A stretch of 64,000 bases of DNA from Desulfamplus sp. (GTDB taxonomy: Bacteria; Desulfobacterota; Desulfobacteria; Desulfobacterales; Desulfobacteraceae): the NCBI GenBank assembly GCA_015231465.1, contig JADGBO010000001.1, positions 1,552 to 65,551 on the forward strand, given 5' to 3'. The position numbers were made by a program, and so were the translations under genes. A model generated the notes under the pieces. That model worked only from the letters and a program-made list of their open reading frames with translations, searched no databases and was not told the DNA's origin. This document shows, one piece after another, positions 57,716-64,000 of this stretch. Each line of letters begins with the position of its first letter. The first letter of the stretch is position 1.

Positions 57716-59971
57716 ATGAAGTTTTTTAAAAACCTGAAACTTGTAACAAAACTGGTTGGCGGATTCGGCATTGTTCTTTTTCTTTTTGTTTGTGTTATGA
57801 CCATATATCACAGGACTGTTAAATCCACTACGGACAACTTTCAGAACCTCATGAACATCAATGTCGCCATTGCAGGGGAAGCCTCCGAGATCAAAACCCT
57901 TATGAAGCAGTGCCGGATTGATGAGAAAAATTTTCTTGCAACCCTTGATACTAAATACCTGGGTGAAATTGAAAAAAATATAGAAGATCTAACCATGAAG
58001 TCCAGGGATATCGTCAAAAAAGCCCGGGAATCGGGTAATACAACAACAGCCTCCCAGGGGGAAAATATTGCCGGCAATATTGATGAGTACAAAAAGAGCT
58101 TCCAGGCTCTGAGTGCATCCTACCAAATAAGGGGGCTTGATGCAAATTCAGGTATAAGGGGAGAGTTTGCCCACGCAGCAGAGCGTCTTATTGAGGAGAT
58201 GTCCTATGTGGATGTCGAGGATATATATCTGCATATGCTTAAAATGGTGCAGGTGCAGGAGCGTTACTGGCTGGAAGATGATGAGGATGCCCTGGATCAG
58301 CTTGAATCTCTTATTGAGGAGTATCATGGAGTCATTGCCAGGTCTTCTGCCAACGAAATGATGATAAAGGACATGCTCAATGAAGTGCTGGAGACCTATT
58401 CGGAGTCCCTTGAAAGTCTTAAAAATGCCCAGACATATGAAGATGTCACAGATAGCTATTATGAAATGAAAGAGGCCCTTGGCGAAATGGATGTGCTTTT
58501 CAGTTTCACCTATCTTCCCAACGTAAAACCTCTTTTGCTGGAAATCCGGAGCCGGGAAAAGGATTATCTCCTTTATGGCGGGCAACATTATGCCGATCGT
58601 GTGCAAAATGGCATCTCCACTCTTTTGGGTACCATTGAAAAATCCAATGTCAATGAAGACTATAAGAAGAACTCGGAAAAATATCTTAATCTCTACCGGG
58701 AAGCCTTTGAATCTCTTGTGGCCCAGGATATAAACATTCTTGAACTTTATGAAAAGATGACCACAGCAGTAAATGACACGGAACCACTCACCGAGGAGCT
58801 TTACAATAACGCGACAGCCATAGCGGATCAGGGAACTGAAAAGGTTAACAGTGACGCGGAACTTCGCTCCAGGATAGCCCTTGCCATAGGTTCCGGAGCC
58901 ATTCTGCTGGGTTTTGCCCTCTCCTTTTTTATAACGAGGATGATAACCATTCCCATTATAAAGGCGGTGCGGTTTTCCAGGCGCATGTCCAAGGGGGATT
59001 TCACAGGCAGGTTAGAGATTGACCAGAAGGATGAAATAGGCATACTGGCATCTGCCATGAATGAGATTGTCAAAAATCTTGGTTCTCTTGTCAGGGACAT
59101 CACCGCCAATGTGGGCACCATATCCTGTTCATCCATGTCCCTGAAGGATATATCCCTTCACATGTCCAAAAGTGCCGATGATACTGCAACCAGGTTTAAC
59201 AGTGTTGCCGGTGCCACCGAGGAGATGAGTGCAAATCTCAATTCCATAACCGCGGCCATTGAGGAGACCGCCTCCAATCTTAACAACGTGGCCGCAGCCA
59301 CCGAGGAGAATACCGCGACAATAAACGAGATTGCCGCCAACTCGGATAACGCTAAGACCATCTCCAGTGAAGCGGTAAAACAGGCCGAAAGTACAGCGGT
59401 TGACATGAAGAGCCTTGAAAAGGCTGCCCATGATATAGGAAAAGTGACCGAGGCCATTGCCGAAATATCTGAACAGACCAATCTTCTTGCCCTGAATGCC
59501 ACCATTGAAGCTGCCAGGGCCGGGGAAGCAGGCAAGGGGTTTGCTGTTGTGGCCAACGAGATCAAGGAGCTTGCCAATCAGACGGCAAAAGCAACCAAGG
59601 CCATAAGTCTCCAGGTGGGCAGTGTCCAGGGAACCACGGCCAGCACCATAAAGGGGATTGAAAAAATCTCTGCTATCATTGTCAAGATAAATGATATAAT
59701 ATCCACCATAACCCGGACAATTGTGGATCAGTCCGCTGCCACCGAGGAGATCAGCATGAATGTGGCCCAGGGTTCAAGGGGCATGCAGGATGTAACTGAA
59801 AATGTCTCCCAATGCTCCCATGTGGCATCTGAAATATCCGGTGAGATCGCGGGCATCAATCAGGAGGCGGCAGAGATGTCCAACAACAGTTCGCGACTGA
59901 ACCAGAGTGCCGAAGAGTTGTCTCGACTGGCGGAAAAACTGAAAACAATGATGAATGAGTTCAAGGTGTAG
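57716..59971 (+). CDS. Methyl-accepting chemotaxis protein
   Basis: Two TM helices, HAMP (DEIGIL), [34 protein letters not shown]. Confidence 0.96.
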   Translation: MKFFKNLKLVTKLVGGFGIVLFLFVCVMTIYHRTVKSTTDNFQNLMNINVAIAGEASEIKTLMKQCRIDEKNFLATLDTKYLGEIEKNIEDLTMKSRDIVKKARESGNTTTASQGENIAGNIDEYKKSFQALSASYQIRGLDANSGIRGEFAHAAERLIEEMSYVDVEDIYLHMLKMVQVQERYWLEDDEDALDQLESLIEEYHGVIARSSANEMMIKDMLNEVLETYSESLESLKNAQTYEDVTDSYYEMKEALGEMDVLFSFTYLPNVKPLLLEIRSREKDYLLYGGQHYADRVQNGISTLLGTIEKSNVNEDYKKNSEKYLNLYREAFESLVAQDINILELYEKMTTAVNDTEPLTEELYNNATAIADQGTEKVNSDAELRSRIALAIGSGAILLGFALSFFITRMITIPIIKAVRFSRRMSKGDFTGRLEIDQKDEIGILASAMNEIVKNLGSLVRDITANVGTISCSSMSLKDISLHMSKSADDTATRFNSVAGATEEMSANLNSITAAIEETASNLNNVAAATEENTATINEIAANSDNAKTISSEAVKQAESTAVDMKSLEKAAHDIGKVTEAIAEISEQTNLLALNATIEAARAGEAGKGFAVVANEIKELANQTAKATKAISLQVGSVQGTTASTIKGIEKISAIIVKINDIISTITRTIVDQSAATEEISMNVAQGSRGMQDVTENVSQCSHVASEISGEIAGINQEAAEMSNNSSRLNQSAEELSRLAEKLKTMMNEFKV

Positions 59972-60077
59972 CCGTGGTCATTGAGTTCCCACCGCTGCCA
60001 TGAATGCCCCAACATAATCAAATTTACTTAAACCGCGGATAATCCGCATTAACCATAAACATAAAGAAGGAGATATC

Positions 60078-60650
60078 ATGCTTAAAAAAGTTTTTTTTGT
60101 CCTGTTTGCCGTCTTTTTTACTGTAACACCCCTTTATGCCGCTAAAATAGGCGGAGTTGAGGTGGCGGATACCATTACCCTTGAAGACGGAAAGGGAGAG
60201 CTTGTACTCAATGGTGCAGGCATTCGTTCAAAATTTGGGTTCAAGGTTTATGTGGGATCCCTTTATCTCAAGGCAAAGACCTCGGACTCCCAGCAGATAA
60301 TCAACTCTGATGAACCCATGGCAATAACCATGACATGGACAAGAACAGGCCCTCCCGATAAATTGGTCGATGTTTTTGCAGAAGGTTTCAAATACGCGGC
60401 AGGGGATAATTACGATGCCCAGAAGACCAACATTGATGCTTTCCTCGGTGCCATTGTCAAAGCATCAAAAACAGACATCTGGAGATACATATACATGCCC
60501 GGCCAGGGAACATCTATCTATTATAATGATGAGTTCAAATTAAACATTCCGGACCTTGATTTCAAGAAAGCCCTTTTTTCGGTATGGCTGCTTGAAACTG
60601 ATACCTTTACCGGCGACGAAAAACTCCGGGATGGAATGCTTGGCAAATAA
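60078..60650 (+). CDS. Exported chalcone-isomerase-like protein
   Basis: Signal peptide, LVLNGAGIRSK..KVYVGSLY, FKKALFSVWL, LRDGMLG. Confidence 0.88.
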   Translation: MLKKVFFVLFAVFFTVTPLYAAKIGGVEVADTITLEDGKGELVLNGAGIRSKFGFKVYVGSLYLKAKTSDSQQIINSDEPMAITMTWTRTGPPDKLVDVFAEGFKYAAGDNYDAQKTNIDAFLGAIVKASKTDIWRYIYMPGQGTSIYYNDEFKLNIPDLDFKKALFSVWLLETDTFTGDEKLRDGMLGK

Positions 60651-60688
60651 CGCCTATGCATGGCAAAACCAAGCATGAACTTAATTTT

Positions 60689-60868
60689 TATATGAAAGTC
60701 CCCATATTTTAAGGGGCGTATGCAATACTCCCCTACTTTCATGCTTCGATTGTGGCGGTAATGCCGTCATGGTGGTTATATGAAATTCCCCATATTTTAA
60801 GGGGCGTATGCAATACTCCCCTACTTTCATGCTTCGATTGTGGCGGTAGTGCCGCCATGGTGGTTATA
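60689..60868 (+). repeat. Two tandem family B units with AGGGG..CCCCTAC REP cargo
   Basis: ~90-bp near-perfect duplication with the same shell as the 12896 array. Confidence 0.88.
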
Positions 60869-60922
60869 GAGAAAAACATTATAAAAGGGCGGATCATGAT
60901 TCGCCCTTACAGCCAAAAAAAA

Positions 60923-63307
60923 ATGCCCAATCAGATAATTTTATCTTCGCAAATCTCCCTCTCCCCTGCCATCATTGTTTTCCTGGCTGCCCTCCTGTTA
61001 TGCTCCCTTGCCGCCCTGGTGATACTTCTCATCAGAAGTCTGGGCAAGGGGAGAAGAATCATGGAGCTTACGGCACAGAATGACTTGCAGTTCCGCAGCC
61101 TTTTCACCCATGCTCCCGGGGGCATGGCCATGGTATCTTACGATGGCTGGTATCTGAAAGCCAATCATTCATTCTGCAATATGCTCGGATACAGTGAAGA
61201 GGAGCTTCAGCAAATTAACTGGAAAGATATCACCCATCCCGATGATATTGCTGTTACGGAAAATCTGGTCAAAGGTTTACGCCTCTCCCCGGAAAACAAG
61301 GAAGATTATTGTTCACCGGACAGTGGGTGCGGCATCATGAAAAGCTCCCATGATCCTTTCAGCACCCAGGGCAGCACTTTCAGCAGCCATGGCAGGGAAA
61401 ACATCAGCGGCGATGATCACCAGGTCGTTGAAAAGAGATATATAAACCGGGAGGGAAGAGAGATAAGGGCCCTTGTAAGCATTGCGTATTTACCCTTCCG
61501 GCAAAGCGGACATCCCTGCTCTTACATTCTCCATGTACAAGATATTACCCACATACACAGGACCCAAAAACGGATGAGGGAGCGGGAAGAACGCTACCGT
61601 CAGTTGTTTGAGGCCGATATAAGCGGGTTTTATGTCGTTACCACCGGAGGCGATGTCCTCATGTGCAACCAGGTGTTCGCCTTGACCCTTGGATATGAAG
61701 GCAATGCCAGGGAACTTGATATAAACATAGAACGTCACTACAAGTATCCCTCATTGAGACATGCCCTGATAAGAGAACTTAAGGAGAAAAAAGCCCTCAA
61801 GCACATTGAGCTTGATTTCATAAAATGTGACGGTTCCCCAATTAACGTGCTTCTCAATGCCATCGGAAGATTCGACTCCTCCGGAGAGCTGATGGAAGTT
61901 CAGGGCTACATCATAGATATAACAGCCCGAAAAAATCTTGAAAAAAAGCTCTTCCATGCCCAGAAAATGGAGGCCATAGGCACCATGGCCGGCGGCATTG
62001 CCCATGATTTCAACAATCTTCTCATGGCTGTCATGGGTAATACATCCCTGCTCCTTTTAAACAGGGATATATCCCATCCGGACTATAAACATCTTATCAA
62101 TATCGACAGCTATGCCCGAAGCGGTTCTGAAATGATAAAACAGCTTCTCGGAGTTGCAAAGGGCGGAAAGTATGAAACCCGGCCCATTGACATAAACCAT
62201 CTGATAAAGAAAAACTGTGAAATGTTTTCAGCGACCCACGGCCATATTCATGTGGAGACCTTTTTATCATCGGACCTTTGGTATGTGGAGGGTGATGGGG
62301 TTCAGATGGAACAGGTACTCGGCAATCTCTTTCGCAATGCAGCCCAGGCCATGGATAACAGGGGATGCCTGACGGTTTCCAGCCGCAATGTCATGATGGA
62401 AAAGGAAGAGGATATACCCAATACGGACAATGTTCCGGCCTCATATGTTCTTATCACCGTCAAAGATACCGGTACAGGCATTGACGAAGAGATCATTGAG
62501 AGGATTTTTGATCCTTTTTTCAGCACAAAGGCCCAGGGTCATGGAACCGGCCTGGGCCTGGCTTCGGCCTATGGAATAGTAACCAATCACAGGGGCTTCA
62601 TTGACGTGAAAAGCAGTAAGGGCGAGGGAAGTGAATTCAGAATCTTTCTTCCGGCCTTGACTGAGCTTTCCTGGAAACCGGATGACGATGAATTTAAAAT
62701 TGACAGGGAGAGACTCCCTTCCGGTTTGGCATACGAATCCGGGGATTTGGGTTCACCGGATTTTAAATCTAAAGATTTAGATTCTCCGGATTTGGAATCC
62801 CGAAGTTTATCCATAGAACCCCCGCTGCAGGGGGAAAAGGGTTCATCTGAAGATTTAGATTCTCCGGATTTGGAATCCCGAAGTTTATCCATAGAACCCC
62901 CACTACAGGGGGAAAAGGGTTCCACCCGAAATCCCAGGGTGCTTCTTGTGGATGATGAAGATATGGTACTTGAGGCTGTATCCGCCATTTTAGACCACCT
63001 GGGATGTCATGTGGCCACGGCTGAAAGCGGCGGGGATGCCCTGGAAATTTACCGCCGGGATTATGCTTCCATTGATGTTGTCATCTTTGACATGATGATG
63101 CCGGATATGGGAGGAGACGAGCTTTTTGACGAAATGAAGAAGATCAATCCCCATTTGAAATCCATACTCGCGACAGGATACAGCCCCAACGAAAAGACCC
63201 ATGAGATATTGGGAAAGGGATGCAGCGGCTTCATAAGAAAGCCTTTTACCATTGAGCATTTGTCGGACAAACTCAATGAAGTCCTGGGGTTTGGCTTTAA
63301 TATCTAA
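60923..63307 (+). CDS. PAS-PAS hybrid histidine kinase with receiver domain
   Basis: [45 protein letters not shown]; start uncertain; 78-bp duplication at 62773..62922. Confidence 0.93.
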   Translation: MPNQIILSSQISLSPAIIVFLAALLLCSLAALVILLIRSLGKGRRIMELTAQNDLQFRSLFTHAPGGMAMVSYDGWYLKANHSFCNMLGYSEEELQQINWKDITHPDDIAVTENLVKGLRLSPENKEDYCSPDSGCGIMKSSHDPFSTQGSTFSSHGRENISGDDHQVVEKRYINREGREIRALVSIAYLPFRQSGHPCSYILHVQDITHIHRTQKRMREREERYRQLFEADISGFYVVTTGGDVLMCNQVFALTLGYEGNARELDINIERHYKYPSLRHALIRELKEKKALKHIELDFIKCDGSPINVLLNAIGRFDSSGELMEVQGYIIDITARKNLEKKLFHAQKMEAIGTMAGGIAHDFNNLLMAVMGNTSLLLLNRDISHPDYKHLINIDSYARSGSEMIKQLLGVAKGGKYETRPIDINHLIKKNCEMFSATHGHIHVETFLSSDLWYVEGDGVQMEQVLGNLFRNAAQAMDNRGCLTVSSRNVMMEKEEDIPNTDNVPASYVLITVKDTGTGIDEEIIERIFDPFFSTKAQGHGTGLGLASAYGIVTNHRGFIDVKSSKGEGSEFRIFLPALTELSWKPDDDEFKIDRERLPSGLAYESGDLGSPDFKSKDLDSPDLESRSLSIEPPLQGEKGSSEDLDSPDLESRSLSIEPPLQGEKGSTRNPRVLLVDDEDMVLEAVSAILDHLGCHVATAESGGDALEIYRRDYASIDVVIFDMMMPDMGGDELFDEMKKINPHLKSILATGYSPNEKTHEILGKGCSGFIRKPFTIEHLSDKLNEVLGFGFNI

Positions 63308-63331
63308 TGATGATTTTGGAAAAACAGACAG

Positions 63332-64000
63332 ATGAAATTCAGACCATGTATAGATATAAAAAACGGAAAGGTTGTCCAGATTGTCGGATCAACCCTCCGG
63401 GATGGCGAAAACGGTGATGCCATGACCTGTCAGGGCTGCAAAAAAGCCCATGGAGACAAGGATGAAACCGTCATAAACTTTGAGAGTGGGCAACCCTCTT
63501 CATTTTTTGCCGGGCTTTATAAAAAAGACGGCTTAACCGGCGGTCACGTCATCTCCCTGGGTCCTGGAAACCATGAATCCGTCATATCTGCCCTTAAAGC
63601 ATTTCCCGGGGGACTCCAGGCCGGCGGGGGCATCAATCCCGACAACGCGGGACTATATCTTGATGCCGGGGCCAGCCATGTGATTGTAACCTCCCATGTC
63701 TTTTCCCGGGGTCTCATTGATATGGACAGACTCCTTGCCCTGGTGCAAAAGGTTGGAAAAAATCGGCTTGTTCTGGATCTGAGCTGCCGCAGCCGGGACG
63801 GAAAATTCTGGATAGTCACGGATAGATGGCAGAAATTCACAGAAGTTGAGGTAACAGCCGCTGCCCTTGGGACGTACTCTCAATATTGTGATGAATTTCT
63901 TGTGCATGGGGTGGATGTGGAGGGGAAAATGGCCGGAGTGCAGTCCGATCTTGTGGCCCTGCTCGGAGAGAGCTGCCCCATACCCGTTACCTATGCCGGA
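63332..64000 (+). CDS. hisA: His6-type ProFAR isomerase (3'-truncated by the window edge)
   Basis: [66 protein letters not shown]. Confidence 0.9.
   Translation, partial: MKFRPCIDIKNGKVVQIVGSTLRDGENGDAMTCQGCKKAHGDKDETVINFESGQPSSFFAGLYKKDGLTGGHVISLGPGNHESVISALKAFPGGLQAGGGINPDNAGLYLDAGASHVIVTSHVFSRGLIDMDRLLALVQKVGKNRLVLDLSCRSRDGKFWIVTDRWQKFTEVEVTAAALGTYSQYCDEFLVHGVDVEGKMAGVQSDLVALLGESCPIPVTYAG

Noticed and set aside
63332-64000. Eukaryote-like hisA as recent horizontal transfer
   Set aside because: His6-type HisA is already known in some bacteria, including deltaproteobacteria.

Overview
Chromosomal window from a sulfate-reducing deltaproteobacterium (gene content and order look Desulfobacteraceae-like; this is inference). 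It holds mostly housekeeping genes: tRNA-Lys(CTT), hemL, mpl, tgt, hypAB, gltX, recX, a full dcw cluster mraZ..ftsZ without ddl, aroK/aroQ and a His6-type hisA. It also has an ACAD10/11-LvaAC-like acyl-CoA catabolic cluster, a selenocysteine-containing selD with SECIS plus yedF, and several signalling genes. The most striking signal lies outside the gene list. Many intergenic spacers carry ~90-170 bp elements built from at least six terminal-repeat 'shells' (A-F) that hold interchangeable REP-like hairpin cargos. These nest in each other, favour TA-rich sites and stop codons, and in one case sit in frame inside murE. Many proteins are also lengthened by short in-frame tandem duplications. Features the ORF track misses: a 56-aa membrane protein, an ATC-initiated GT60-like glycosyltransferase, a TonB-receptor tail in frame behind the yedF UGA, two tandem Met/Asn-rich uORFs before an amino-acid symporter, and several gene remnants. 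All calls come from reading the sequence by eye; no searches were run.
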